Shown piece after piece: positions 21,378 through 31,955 of a stretch of 64,000 bases of DNA (positions within the stretch are counted from its first letter, which is position 1; every line of letters starts with the position of its first letter). The stretch covers positions 2,592,001-2,656,000 of the forward strand of contig OY761614.1 of the NCBI GenBank assembly GCA_963664825.1, in the 5' to 3' direction. This stretch comes from an uncultured Holophaga sp. (GTDB lineage Bacteria; Acidobacteriota; Holophagae; Holophagales; Holophagaceae). Position numbers and translations under genes: made by a program. The notes beneath the pieces were generated by a model. It saw nothing but the letters and a program-made list of their open reading frames with translations, ran no database searches and was not told where the DNA came from.

Positions 21378-22643
21378 CTATTTGGCGCTGGTCTCCCGCA
21401 GCCTGCGCGCCATCTCCACGAGCATGCCCCGCAGCAGATCGGGAAACTCGCGCATGAGGGTATCGATATTGCCCTCGTGGATGACCAGGCACTCGCAGTC
21501 CTCCAGGGCGATGGCCGTGGCGGAGCGGGGCAGGCCCAGCAGGAAGGACATCTCGCCGAAGAAGGCGCCGGGCCCGATCACCGCCAGCTCCTGGTCGCCC
21601 TTGCTCAGGCTCACCGATCCCTTCAGCACGTGATACATCTCGCCGCTCAGGTCCCCTTCGTCAAAGAAGACACCCCTGACGGGCACCTGGGCCATGAGGT
21701 GCTTGCGCCGCAGGAGGGGCAGGCCGCCCTGGCCCTTCATCATGCGCCGGATGAAGAGCGTCTCCTGATGATGGAGGGCCGCCACTACTTCGGCGCCGAA
21801 GAGAAAGACCGCTTGCGAATAGTAGATCCAGATGACGACCACGAAGAGCGACTTGAAGGACCCAAAGGCTAGGCCATAGCCTGGGTTGTAGGTGAGGAAT
21901 AGATTGAAGGCCGGGCGCAGCAGGAACCACAGAAACGCGGTGGTGAGGGCGCCTGCGAGGAGGTTCCGCAGCTTGGTCCTGGGGGCAAAGACCCCGTACA
22001 TCAGCAGGAGCAGCAGGACGGTGGTGGCGAAGGGCACGGTGAACCCGAGGGCGACCGGGGGCGTCAGATCGATCTCCAGGATCTTCAGGTAGCGGAAGAA
22101 GAGGCCCATGCCCGCCACCGCGGTGATCCCGGTGATGAAGACCACGGCCATGAGGAGATCCAGGGCCTTGGTGGTCCAGAAGGGGCGGCGGGGTGTGATG
22201 CGGAAGATGGCGTTGAGGACGGCCCGCGTATTGGCGACCAGGGGCGTCATGACCCAGAGGAGGGCCAGGACATTGAGGAGCCCGGCGCTCCGGGTGTGCT
22301 GGGTGATGTGGACCACCTCCCGCAGGATCACGTCCCCGAACTGGGGGAGGATATCGCCCACGAATTCGGTCACCTTCTGCATGGCGACCCGGCTCGAACC
22401 GATGCCCATGCCCAAGAGGTAGGTCAGCAGCAGCATGGCGGGGATGAGGGCCAGCATGGCCGCGAAGGCGAGCGAAGAAGCCTGGCGCAGATCATCATTC
22501 CGCCGGAACCCGCTGATGGCTTCCAGGAGCACGATCCAGGCGTGCCGGGCTCCATCCTGGAGCCGCTCCGGCCAGGGCCCGGGCTTTCGCATCAGGATGG
22601 GATCAGCCACGGTAGGCCCGCGGGAAGGATCGGTTTGGCGCAT
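21378..22643 (-). CDS. YihY/BrkB-family membrane protein fused to a C-terminal cyclic-nucleotide-binding domain
   Basis: ASSLAF...ALIP, YGLAFGS...WIYYS...LFGAE; then FDEGD...GEMSFL...PRSATAIA. Confidence 0.88.
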   Translation of the reverse strand: MRQTDPSRGPTVADPILMRKPGPWPERLQDGARHAWIVLLEAISGFRRNDDLRQASSLAFAAMLALIPAMLLLTYLLGMGIGSSRVAMQKVTEFVGDILPQFGDVILREVVHITQHTRSAGLLNVLALLWVMTPLVANTRAVLNAIFRITPRRPFWTTKALDLLMAVVFITGITAVAGMGLFFRYLKILEIDLTPPVALGFTVPFATTVLLLLLMYGVFAPRTKLRNLLAGALTTAFLWFLLRPAFNLFLTYNPGYGLAFGSFKSLFVVVIWIYYSQAVFLFGAEVVAALHHQETLFIRRMMKGQGGLPLLRRKHLMAQVPVRGVFFDEGDLSGEMYHVLKGSVSLSKGDQELAVIGPGAFFGEMSFLLGLPRSATAIALEDCECLVIHEGNIDTLMREFPDLLRGMLVEMARRLRETSAK

Positions 22644-22652
22644 CCTTCCATC

Positions 22653-24452
22653 TTACGAAGGAGTAGCACCTTCCAGCACCTCCACCTCTTCAAGCCTGGC
22701 CCCCAGCTCCAGGTCGTCCAGGAGCCTCAGGCCCTGGTCCAGGTCTTCCACCTCGCCCACCCGGGTGTAGCGGCCCGTGAGATGGGGCGCGGCGTTGGTG
22801 GTGATGAAGAACTGGCTTCCGCCGGTGTCCTTCCCCGAGAGCGCCATGCCCACGCTGCCGGGGCCGTACCAGTCCAGGCTATTCTCGCAGCGCACGGTGT
22901 ATCCAGGCCCCCCGTCCATGGTGTCGCAGGGAGAGCCCATCTGCACCACGAAGTCTGGCACCACCCGCGGCACCAGGCGGCCGTTGAAGAAGCCCTTGCG
23001 GGCCAGCAGCACGAGGTTGGCCACGTTCATGGGCGCGTTGAGGGGATCGAGCCTTAGGGTGATCCGGCGCTTGCCACTGAAGGTGAGGCGCAGGCGCACG
23101 GGCCTGCCTGCCGTGGCAAGGACCTCGGCTTCCTTCAGGATCGCCTCGTCCGTGGCGCTGGGCCTGGGCGCCTTGGGCCAGGGGGCCTTGGGATCCAGCT
23201 TGGAGAGTTCGCGCCAGGCGTCCAGCCGCGCCGTCCAGCAGGGGTGATCGTAGAAGCGCGCCAGGATGGCCCGGCGGCGCGCTTCGGTGAGCTTCCACTT
23301 CTCCAGGGAGGGGAGCAGCACCTGGACGCCATCGTATTCCTCGGTTTTCCAAAGGCGCGCTTGAAGCGCCTCCAGATCGGCGGGGGCCTCCGTCATATCG
23401 TCGATGGCCGCGGCGCGGGCGATGGGATCGGAGCCGAGAAGAAGGCGTTGTCTGAGCCCGTCAGCTTCTCGTTCATCGTGCTTGCGCAGCGCAGGTAGGA
23501 CGTGCGCGAAAAGGGCAGGAGACGTCACCCTGTTCTCTTCCATTAAGATGGCAATGCCTTCTCCCGCCTCCGAGTCGTACGGGATGCGTGCGCAGAAGTC
23601 GAACAACGCGGTGAGCACGAGGGGGTTTCCCCAAAGGGTCTTTGACCGTTTGTTCTCCCCTGGTTTATCACCCGGAATTGATTTGTCATCTGGCAAACCG
23701 TCGAGCAACCGTTGCAGAACGCCTGGTGATGCCGCCCTCAGGACGTCTAGGGTTGGGTGCTTCACGCCGATGGCCGCCCACAGCGAATTGTGGTGCTGGA
23801 AGCTCCAGATGGCATCTCCCTGGACAGTCTTCCGCATCTCCCACGGCGCCTTGTTCCACGCATCCATCATTGCCAGCACGCTTCCCGCCGTGGCCTTCAC
23901 AGGCGGCAACAGTTCCTTCTCTTTCCCTCCCATCACAAGCCGCAGTTGAGCGGCTTGTGCCCTCACGGGGTCGATCTTCCCGGCCTTTTGCAGCGCGTCC
24001 AGGAATCCCTGGAGCCCGGGGCCCACCTCGCCTCCGTTCAGCCGCGCCGTGGCGATCTGGGCTTCCAGATGCAGGTGCCCGGGCCAGCTCTCCGCGTCCT
24101 TCGCCCCCAATCCCTCCAGTGTAAAAAGCGCCTTGGCGCTTTTTAACCGGTTCAGGAAGAAGAGGGCCGTGAAGCGCGCCTGGGGCGTCTGGGCGACCCT
24201 GGCCCTGGCTTCCCAGGTTTCGGGGGTGGGCTTGTCCAGTTCCGGGGGCAGGAGGCCAGGCGCTCCGGGGGCGCCGATGCGCTGGAGCGTGAGTTCCAGG
24301 CGGGCCCGATCCCCAGGGGAAAGCCGGGCCTTCTCGGTTTCGCTCCAGGTCGGCGCCTGGCGCTTCCACTGGGCGCGAATGGCATCCTGCACGGTGAAGG
24401 CAGGGGGAGCCGCCAGCAGGGGGAGGCCGAGCAGGGCGAAGGCGAGGCGCAT
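22653..24452 (-). CDS. Secreted protein with helical repeats and a C-terminal cyclophilin-type PPIase
   Basis: APMNVANL...GFFNG...RVVPDFVVQMG...GSVGMALSGKDTGGSQFFI. Confidence 0.88.
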   Translation of the reverse strand: MRLAFALLGLPLLAAPPAFTVQDAIRAQWKRQAPTWSETEKARLSPGDRARLELTLQRIGAPGAPGLLPPELDKPTPETWEARARVAQTPQARFTALFFLNRLKSAKALFTLEGLGAKDAESWPGHLHLEAQIATARLNGGEVGPGLQGFLDALQKAGKIDPVRAQAAQLRLVMGGKEKELLPPVKATAGSVLAMMDAWNKAPWEMRKTVQGDAIWSFQHHNSLWAAIGVKHPTLDVLRAASPGVLQRLLDGLPDDKSIPGDKPGENKRSKTLWGNPLVLTALFDFCARIPYDSEAGEGIAILMEENRVTSPALFAHVLPALRKHDEREADGLRQRLLLGSDPIARAAAIDDMTEAPADLEALQARLWKTEEYDGVQVLLPSLEKWKLTEARRRAILARFYDHPCWTARLDAWRELSKLDPKAPWPKAPRPSATDEAILKEAEVLATAGRPVRLRLTFSGKRRITLRLDPLNAPMNVANLVLLARKGFFNGRLVPRVVPDFVVQMGSPCDTMDGGPGYTVRCENSLDWYGPGSVGMALSGKDTGGSQFFITTNAAPHLTGRYTRVGEVEDLDQGLRLLDDLELGARLEEVEVLEGATPS

Positions 24453-24586
24453 GGGTTCTCCAGGGGCTTCCACCATGGTATGCCGCCTCGCCTGAAACGG
24501 AGGAACGCTGCGCTCCCCCATTGGGCCTGCGGCCCTGGGCGCGTGCCATACTTGGGATCCGCGTTCCCTTTTGCGGAAAAGCCAAT

Positions 24587-25570
24587 ATGCCCAAGACCCC
24601 CCACCCGACCCTTCGCCATGCCATCGAATACACGGCCTTTCGCATCGCCGAGGGGCTGATCCGCCTGCTGCCCTGGCGGGTGGCCCTGGCGCTGGGATCG
24701 ACCGTGGGGCGCTTCTACTACCTGTTGGATAGTCGGCACCGCCGCGTGGTTCGGGACAATCTCCGGGCTTCCGATCTGGGCCTTCGTGAAGCGGATGTTC
24801 GGCGTGTGGCGCGGGCCTGCTTCGCTCATTTCGGGTCCCTGCTCTTTGGCACCGTGAGGATGCTCCACATGCCGAAGGACCGCCTCCGGAACCTCGTGGA
24901 CTTCGAGGGCCTGGAGCACTTCGATGCCGCGAGGGCGGAGGGGAAGGGCGTCATCGGCCTCACGGGTCATTTCGGCAACTGGGAACTGATGGCCCTGGCC
25001 CTCAGCCTGGAGGGCCGCACCCTCGCCGTCATCGGCCGCGAGCTGGATAATCCGCTGCTGGAGCCCTACCTGAGCGGGCTGAGGGGGCGCTTCGGCAATA
25101 CGGTCATTCCCAAGGCCGGCGCCATGCGCGGCACCCTCAAAGTGCTGCGCATGGGCAAGGCCGTGGGCTTCCTGCTGGACCAGGACGCCCTTGGGAATGG
25201 CGTATTCACACGCTTCCACGGCAGGTGGGCCTCCACCCATCCCACTGCGGGCCTGCTGGCGGTGAAGTACGCGCTGCCCATCGTGCCCATCTTCAACCGC
25301 ATCCATGCCGATGGCAGGCTCACCGTCGTGATTCATCCGCCCTTCCATGTGCCTTCCAGCGGTGACCCGGAGCGGGATACCTGGATCGCCACCCAGATGA
25401 TGACCCGCTGCATCGAAGCCGAAGGGCACCGAGACCCCGCCCGCTGGTTCTGGATGCATCGGCGCTTCAAGACACAGCCCGCGGCGGAACAGCTTCCTCC
25501 TGCCGAGTGGCAGGCGGCGGCCGAGGCGATGTGGGAGAGCTATTTGCGCCAAGGGAGCCTCTCGTTATGA
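24587..25570 (+). CDS. Lipid A/lysophospholipid acyltransferase (LpxL/HtrB family)
   Basis: GHFGNWE, LLDQD, WFWMHRRFK. Confidence 0.92.
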   Translation: MPKTPHPTLRHAIEYTAFRIAEGLIRLLPWRVALALGSTVGRFYYLLDSRHRRVVRDNLRASDLGLREADVRRVARACFAHFGSLLFGTVRMLHMPKDRLRNLVDFEGLEHFDAARAEGKGVIGLTGHFGNWELMALALSLEGRTLAVIGRELDNPLLEPYLSGLRGRFGNTVIPKAGAMRGTLKVLRMGKAVGFLLDQDALGNGVFTRFHGRWASTHPTAGLLAVKYALPIVPIFNRIHADGRLTVVIHPPFHVPSSGDPERDTWIATQMMTRCIEAEGHRDPARWFWMHRRFKTQPAAEQLPPAEWQAAAEAMWESYLRQGSLSL

Positions 25571-25655
25571 CGCCTGGGGCCCCCGACCGCAAGGCCCTTC
25601 GGGCCGGTCCTCAATGTTTTTGGGGACTCGCGCTCACCGAACCGAAACGGGCGGC

Positions 25656-26660
25656 ATGAACTCGCCCCGGGTGAGCATCCTGATTCCCACTTTTCGCTAT
25701 GGAAGGTACCTTCCCGAGGCCCTGAATTCGGTGCTTTCACAGGATTTTAAGGATATTGAAGTCCTGGTGAGCGATGATTGCTCCGGGGATGGATCGGCGG
25801 AATTACTCCATCACTATGCCGCGCGGGACGCCCGGATTCGCGTGTGCATCCAACCGGTGAACCTTGGCATGGTCCAAAATTGGAATTGGTGCCTGGCCCG
25901 GGCACGGGGCGAGTTTGTGCAATACCTCTTCGGCGACGATCTGCTCACGCGGCCGGATGCCATCCGGAAGATGGTGATGATGCTCGAGTCGCATCCTGAA
26001 GCGGTGCTCTCGGCGTGTGCGCGGAACGTGATCGATGAACAATCCCGCGTCCTGGATGTCTGGTCCGTGCTCGGTAAATCCGGCATGCATGGGAGCGCTG
26101 AGACAGTTTCTCGCTGCCTCATCAAGGGAAACATCATTGGAGAGCCCACAGCGGTCATGTTCCGGCGCAGCGCCGCTCTTCGAGGTTTTTCCGAGACCTA
26201 CAATCAGCTGGTGGATCTCGAAATGTGGCTGCACCTGCTCGAGCGTGGGCCGCTGGTTTTCACGGAGGAACCGCTCTGTGGGTTCCGGAGGCATCCCCTA
26301 CAGCGCACGGTCGCGAACACGAAGATGGGCCTTCACCAGCGGGAAATTCTCCACCTTGCCCTGGACTATGGCGGTCCCCTGACCTTGGATGATCGGGGCG
26401 TGCGGCGCGTCGCGTTCCACCGCCTGTACAAGAGCCGAAGATATGTCGGCCAGGACCCTGAGATCGATGCTGCGCGGGAACGGCTTCTGGGACGCATTGG
26501 TAGGCCTGTCTACTGGGTGCGATGGGTCGGTAAAAAACTGCACAACCCCATCATCGAGGTTGGCCGATGGTGCTTGAGGTTGAAACGCATCCTGCTGCGC
26601 CGAAACGGGTATGAGCAGAGCCCCGGTTTCAGGGCACTTCGAGGCGAGGGGCAGCGCTAG
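25656..26660 (+). CDS. Glycosyltransferase family 2
   Basis: VSILIPT, VSDDCSGD, NLGMVQNWN, FGDD, GEPTAVMFR. Confidence 0.92.
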   Translation: MNSPRVSILIPTFRYGRYLPEALNSVLSQDFKDIEVLVSDDCSGDGSAELLHHYAARDARIRVCIQPVNLGMVQNWNWCLARARGEFVQYLFGDDLLTRPDAIRKMVMMLESHPEAVLSACARNVIDEQSRVLDVWSVLGKSGMHGSAETVSRCLIKGNIIGEPTAVMFRRSAALRGFSETYNQLVDLEMWLHLLERGPLVFTEEPLCGFRRHPLQRTVANTKMGLHQREILHLALDYGGPLTLDDRGVRRVAFHRLYKSRRYVGQDPEIDAARERLLGRIGRPVYWVRWVGKKLHNPIIEVGRWCLRLKRILLRRNGYEQSPGFRALRGEGQR

Positions 26661-28240
26661 CGTTTGGGGGCGGCAGGCCACCGGTATGCTAGGTCCGCGA
26701 ACCAGCGGAAACCGTTTTTGCTCTGGCCCTGTACGGATTCGACCGCGCCATGGTGGCGCCAGGAGGCACCCAGTTCCAGGCGAGTGGATTCCTTCAATTG
26801 GAATTTCCAGGTCTGCTGGAGGCCCTGGAAATGGTCATCGACAGGCACTGCACCGGGGTGGGCCAGCAGCCAGTCCTCCATGTGGTCGCGGAAGGGCTGG
26901 AATCCAACATGGACCAGGGTCTCGCAGGAGATGCGGCTGGAAAGTTCCGATTCCAGCCGGAGGGTGAGCGTTTTGGTCTCCCCGGCGATGGCATTGCCCA
27001 GGGGATCCCCGTAGGTATAAAAACCGGTGATGTACTCATAATGCATGAAGGGGCGGGCGTCATGGCGCGTCGTGGTGATGGTGTTTGCGTATTCCAGACC
27101 GAGCCTGAGCTTCGGCCATTGGATGAGGACACCCATGATGTCGTTGGGCGGAGTGGCTGCATTGGGAACGGAGTAGCGGTCAGTCTTGTTCCAGAAATTC
27201 ACAAAGCGCCCGTTGAGAAGATCCCGATTATCGCTTTCAAAGTCCTTCCCAAGGCAGTAGAGGGGCTTGTGGTAAAGGAGCGCCGGCGCCCAATAGACAT
27301 TCTTGGTGCCTCGGGTGATGTAGGCGTGGAACTGCTCGGCGCCGAGGAACCTCTCGAAAGGGCGGACCCGGAGGCGGGCCCCAATATCGGCGTTGGAGGC
27401 GCTTCGGGCGTTGTTCTTGTAGGGGGTGGAGGGAGGATTCGGGTCATGGGGATCCACATTGGCTTCCGCCAGGGCATCCTTGAGGCCGAACATGGCCGTC
27501 AGGTAGTCCCCCAGGTTGTACCCGGTCGTGCGGCCCACCCCGTTGAGGGTCCCGCTCCAGAGATTGGTGTAGTTGGCGTAGAACTCCAGGGAAGGGCCGA
27601 AGCGGGCCTGAAGGCGATAGCCATTGAACATGGGCGTCTGGGGATCCCCTTGGCGAAGGATTGCGGTGCGCCGCCAGGCGGGATCCTGGACCGAATCGCC
27701 GAGGACCCGGTCCCGCTCGAGCCTTCCGACGAAGATTTGGGCGCCCCAGGTGCCCAAGGGAATCCGGAAGAAGCGCAGGGGCACCATCGGTGTCTCCACC
27801 CGGAATTTCGGAAAGGGACGGGCGGCTTCGCTCAGGAGGTAACCTCCGTTGAGGCCATAGCCCCAGACGAGGGGTTCCTGCTCGAACCCGAACGTCCATC
27901 CGCTCAGGCTTTTTCGCGTGATGTGGCTGCGATAGATCGATAGGTAGGCTTGGCCCTGAGAATCCCGGATGCCCAGGCCTTCGATCGCCAGGTCCCAGTT
28001 GCCCTTCTTCAGGCCGAATTCTCCGTGGATGCCGCCCCCCCGGAGGGCGTTGCCCATCCCGAGCGAATCCACGAAGGTCGCCGAGGGACCATGGGAATCC
28101 GCGGCCCAGGTGCCGACGCCATACCAGGTGGTATCCGTTGGGTACTCGGCGCCCAGCCAAGGTCGAGCGTTCCATCCGGGAGGTGCCTGGGCGAGCAGGG
28201 GAGGGGCAAGCAGGGTGAAGATCAGTTTTCTAAAAATCAA
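26657..28240 (-). CDS. Outer-membrane protein, capsule assembly Wzi-like
   Basis: Signal peptide; WGYGLNGGYLLSEAARPFP and YxHxxYxxGFYTYGDPLG-type motifs recalled for the Wzi family. Confidence 0.7.
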   Translation of the reverse strand: MIFRKLIFTLLAPPLLAQAPPGWNARPWLGAEYPTDTTWYGVGTWAADSHGPSATFVDSLGMGNALRGGGIHGEFGLKKGNWDLAIEGLGIRDSQGQAYLSIYRSHITRKSLSGWTFGFEQEPLVWGYGLNGGYLLSEAARPFPKFRVETPMVPLRFFRIPLGTWGAQIFVGRLERDRVLGDSVQDPAWRRTAILRQGDPQTPMFNGYRLQARFGPSLEFYANYTNLWSGTLNGVGRTTGYNLGDYLTAMFGLKDALAEANVDPHDPNPPSTPYKNNARSASNADIGARLRVRPFERFLGAEQFHAYITRGTKNVYWAPALLYHKPLYCLGKDFESDNRDLLNGRFVNFWNKTDRYSVPNAATPPNDIMGVLIQWPKLRLGLEYANTITTTRHDARPFMHYEYITGFYTYGDPLGNAIAGETKTLTLRLESELSSRISCETLVHVGFQPFRDHMEDWLLAHPGAVPVDDHFQGLQQTWKFQLKESTRLELGASWRHHGAVESVQGQSKNGFRWFADLAYRWPAAPKR

Positions 28241-28315
28241 TGAGCACCGGCATGTGGATGGATCAACGAGGCCTTGGGATCGGGCCTGCTTTTGAATTCA
28301 TTTGGCAAAAACGAA

Positions 28316-29926
28316 TTATATCTGATCCCAAGCCGTCACGCCATATTCGGCCTGCTTGCCATAGTCGGTTTCGATCTGGGCGAGCTGGAGCCTGCCGCTG
28401 GCGTCATCGTTGACGGCCTGCCAGCGGGTGTAGGCATCGAGCACCCAGGGGCCGCTCTCCCGGGATCCGTTGCCGCTCCAGCCGTTGCCGCCGAAGGGAG
28501 CATGGGCCTCGGAGCCCACGGTGGAATTGTTGATGGAAACCATGCCGGCGGTGATCTGGCGCTTGAAGCGGTCCACCCAGGCGCGGTTTTCCGTGTAGAT
28601 GGCGCTGGAGAGGCCGTAGGGGGTGCCGTTGGCGTATTCCATGGCCTCTTCGAAACTGCCCACGGTGCTCAGGTTGACGGTGGGACCGAAGATCTCGGTC
28701 TGGAAGATCTCCATATCAGGGGTCACGCCGTCCCACACGCAGGGCTGCATGAACTGGCCGCGATGGATCTCCCCATGCACCTGGGTGTTGCGATTCTCCT
28801 CCGTCCAGGGAGCGCCACCGCAGAGCAGCCTCGCGCCGTCCTTCCTTCCCATCTCCCAGTGCGCCTCGAAGGCCGAAGTAAAGCGGGCGTTGATCATGGG
28901 GCCGTAGAGCACTTCCGGATGGCTGAGGGGATTGCCGATGGGCAGGGCGCTCACGGCCAGGAGGAAGCGTTCCGTGAAGGCCGGGGCGATATCCCGGTGG
29001 AGGATGACATTGGCCGTGGATGTGCAGCGCTGGCCCGCGGTGGCGAAGGCGCCGAAGAGGGCGCCATGCACGGCGTTTTCCAGATCGGCGTCGGGCATGA
29101 TGATCATGGGGTTCTTCCCGCCCAGCTCCAGGCTGGGGCTGATCAGGTTGCGTCCGCACATCTCGCCGATCTGGCGCCCCAGGGCGGTGGAACCCGTGAA
29201 GCTGAAGGCGTCGTACCAGCCCTTGTCGATGCCGGCCAGGAAGAACTTTCCGCAGCCTGTCTGCCCCTTGCCGTTCACCACATTCACGACTCCCGGCGGC
29301 AGGCCTGCATCCATCATGCAGCGGGCGAAGAGGTAGGCGATGGTCGGGGCGTCTTCGCTGGGCTTCCAGACCACCGTATTGCCGCAGAGAATGGCGGGGA
29401 TGATCTTCCAGCTGGGGATGGCCAGGGGGACATTGGCCGGGGTCATGACGCCGCAGACGCCCACGGGGCGCCGGTAGGTGCTGATCTCCTTGCTGGGCAG
29501 CTCGGAGGGTACGGTCTGGCCGTAGAGCCGCCGGCCTTCGCTCTGGAAGAAATTGCAGGTGTCGATGGCCTCCTGCACTTCGCCTCGGGCTTCCCGGAGG
29601 GTCTTGCCGATTTCCCGGGTGATGATCCGGGCGAGTTTCTCCTTATTGGCCAGGAGGGTGGCGCCGATGCGGCCGATGAGTTCTCCCCGCACGGGAGCAG
29701 GGACTTCCCTCCAGGTCTGGAAGGCCTCCCGGGCGGCCTTGGCGGCCTTCTCGATATCCCGCGCGCCGCATTCGGGGAAGATGCCCACGGTGTCGCGGCG
29801 ATCCACGGCGGACTTGGAATCGAAGGAGGGCAGGTCGCCTTCCAGCTCCTTGCCGCCGATCCAGTTGAACCCGATGACGGTCTTGCCCGTGGAGGCCACC
29901 TGGGGGTGATTGAGCTTCAGGTACAT
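28316..29926 (-). CDS. Aldehyde dehydrogenase family protein
   Basis: WKPSE, FTGST, LELGGKNP, GQRCT, EIFGP. Confidence 0.96.
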   Translation of the reverse strand: MYLKLNHPQVASTGKTVIGFNWIGGKELEGDLPSFDSKSAVDRRDTVGIFPECGARDIEKAAKAAREAFQTWREVPAPVRGELIGRIGATLLANKEKLARIITREIGKTLREARGEVQEAIDTCNFFQSEGRRLYGQTVPSELPSKEISTYRRPVGVCGVMTPANVPLAIPSWKIIPAILCGNTVVWKPSEDAPTIAYLFARCMMDAGLPPGVVNVVNGKGQTGCGKFFLAGIDKGWYDAFSFTGSTALGRQIGEMCGRNLISPSLELGGKNPMIIMPDADLENAVHGALFGAFATAGQRCTSTANVILHRDIAPAFTERFLLAVSALPIGNPLSHPEVLYGPMINARFTSAFEAHWEMGRKDGARLLCGGAPWTEENRNTQVHGEIHRGQFMQPCVWDGVTPDMEIFQTEIFGPTVNLSTVGSFEEAMEYANGTPYGLSSAIYTENRAWVDRFKRQITAGMVSINNSTVGSEAHAPFGGNGWSGNGSRESGPWVLDAYTRWQAVNDDASGRLQLAQIETDYGKQAEYGVTAWDQI

Positions 29927-30063
29927 GGAACCTCCAAGGAACAGCGAAGCCCTAGGTTATCCGAGAGGTCCCGGGATTTCATCGAAGGTCTCTGATCCTG
30001 AGCGCTGGGAGGCTCAAGGGGTGGGTGCGGGTCGGGTATCCTGGAGGTTCCCTTGGAGCCGCT

Positions 30064-30819
30064 TTGTTCGAACACATTCCCTTCGCAACGATCCTGGTGA
30101 GTTATGTGGCGGTCCTCTTCGCCCTGAGCCTCCACGAAGCCGCCCACGCCACCACCGCCTATCTGCTGGGCGACGACACCGCCGCCAGCCTGGGGCGCAT
30201 GACGTTGAACCCCATCGCTCACATGGACTGGCTGGGCACCCTGGTGCTGCCCCTCATCGGCATGATGACCCACGCGCCGGTCATCGGGTGGGCCAAGCCC
30301 GTGCCCGTGGACCCCAATCGTCTGAGCCGGAAGTTCAGGGCCCGCGTGGGGTACGCCATGGTGGCCGCCGCAGGGCCTGCCTCGAACCTGATCCAGTCCT
30401 TCGTCTTTCTCCTCGTCCTGACCCTATTCCTCCGCTTTGCCATTCCGGCCAGTCCCATGGGGCACTTGAATCTCTTCGTGGCCTCCATGTCCGTGCCCGT
30501 GGAGGAATTCCTCCGCGATGGGGCCTTCTCCGGGGGGCAGGTGTTGGCCATGACGCTCCTGGGGCGACTGGTGATCATCAACGTGGGCCTGGCGCTCTTC
30601 AACCTGCTGCCCTTCGGGCCTCTGGACGGGGCGGGCATCCTGCGGGGCTTCCTGCCCTTTCGCTGGCTGGCCACCTTCGACCGCATCCAGCCCACCATCA
30701 CCATCGTGCTCTTGATCCTCTTCTTCGTGGGTGTGTTGGACTTTGTCCTGGGGCCGCTCTTCTTCGTCGCCCAACGCCTCTATATCATCCCCCTCGCCCG
30801 TCTGATTCTCGGAGCCTGA
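30064..30819 (+). CDS. Site-2 protease (M50 family)
   Basis: HEAAH, AGPASN, FNLLPFGPLDG; TTG start after GGAG. Confidence 0.92.
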   Translation: MFEHIPFATILVSYVAVLFALSLHEAAHATTAYLLGDDTAASLGRMTLNPIAHMDWLGTLVLPLIGMMTHAPVIGWAKPVPVDPNRLSRKFRARVGYAMVAAAGPASNLIQSFVFLLVLTLFLRFAIPASPMGHLNLFVASMSVPVEEFLRDGAFSGGQVLAMTLLGRLVIINVGLALFNLLPFGPLDGAGILRGFLPFRWLATFDRIQPTITIVLLILFFVGVLDFVLGPLFFVAQRLYIIPLARLILGA

Positions 30820-30965
30820 CACTGAAGTGGGGGGACCGCGCGGCCTCGCCTCCCCTTGATGGCAGAATGGAGAGTTGGAGACGCGAGGTCTCTCCGTCCC
30901 CCCACACCCCCGCGCCGAATGCGGGCAAAGCCTGCATCCGGCGCCTCAATCCTGAAGGTACTGTC

Positions 30966-31955
30966 ATGCAGCGTGTCCTTTCCGGCGTCCAGCCCAGCGG
31001 TTCCCTCCACCTCGGAAACCTGGTGGGAGCCATCGAAAACTTCGTCCATCTCCAGGATCAGTTCGAGGCCTTCTACATGATCGCGGACTGGCACGCGCTC
31101 ACCTCCAAGTTCGACAAGGTCGACGAGATTCGCCCCGCCATTCTCGAGGTGACGGCCACCTTCCTGGCCGCCGGCCTCGATCCCGAGCGCTCCACCCTCT
31201 TCATCCAGAGCCAGGTGAAGGAGCATGCCGAATTGCATCTGCTCTTCAGCATGATCACGCCCCTCTCCTGGGTGGAGCGGGTGCCCACCTACAAGGAGAA
31301 GCTGCAGAACAGCGAGGCCGATCTGGGCTCCTACGGATTCCTGGGATATCCCGTCCTCCAGGCCGCCGATATCCTCATCTACAAGGCCCAGAGGGTGCCC
31401 GTGGGCGAGGACCAGCTCTTCCACCTGGAGCTCACCCGGGAGATCGGGCGGCGCTTCAATTTCCTCTATGGCGCCGAGACCTTCCCCGATCCCCAGGCCG
31501 TGCTCACCAAGGCCGTGCGGGTGCCGGGGCTGGATGGCCGCAAGATGAGCAAGACCTACAACAACGGCCTCTACCTGCGGGATACGCCGGAGCAGACCCT
31601 CCAAAAGTGCACCCGGGAGATGCTGTCGGATACCGCCAGGGTGCGCAAGTCCGATCCGGGAAACCCCGAGGTCTGCAATGTCTTCACCTTCCACAAGCTC
31701 TTCTCGAGCGCCGATACCGTGGCGTCGGTGGCGCTGGAATGTCCCCGGGCGGGCATCGGCTGCTTCGATTGCAAGAAGAGGCTGGCGGAGGCCATCACGG
31801 CTCGGGTGGAGCCCCTGCGCCTGAAGATCGAGGACCATCTGGCCCACCCGGAGCGCCTGGACGAGATCCTGCGCGCGGGCGCCGACAGGGCTCGGATCGC
31901 CGCCCAGGCCACTATGGCCGAGGTGCGCGAGGCCATGCAGTTGCCCAAGGCCTAA
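30966..31955 (+). CDS. trpS: Tryptophan--tRNA ligase
   Basis: SGVQPSGSLHLGN, YPVLQAADIL, VPVGEDQ, KMSKT. Confidence 0.97.
   Translation: MQRVLSGVQPSGSLHLGNLVGAIENFVHLQDQFEAFYMIADWHALTSKFDKVDEIRPAILEVTATFLAAGLDPERSTLFIQSQVKEHAELHLLFSMITPLSWVERVPTYKEKLQNSEADLGSYGFLGYPVLQAADILIYKAQRVPVGEDQLFHLELTREIGRRFNFLYGAETFPDPQAVLTKAVRVPGLDGRKMSKTYNNGLYLRDTPEQTLQKCTREMLSDTARVRKSDPGNPEVCNVFTFHKLFSSADTVASVALECPRAGIGCFDCKKRLAEAITARVEPLRLKIEDHLAHPERLDEILRAGADRARIAAQATMAEVREAMQLPKA

Noticed and set aside
30820..30965. T-box or attenuator upstream of trpS
   Set aside because: Short GC-rich spacer without the T-box consensus or a Trp-rich leader peptide
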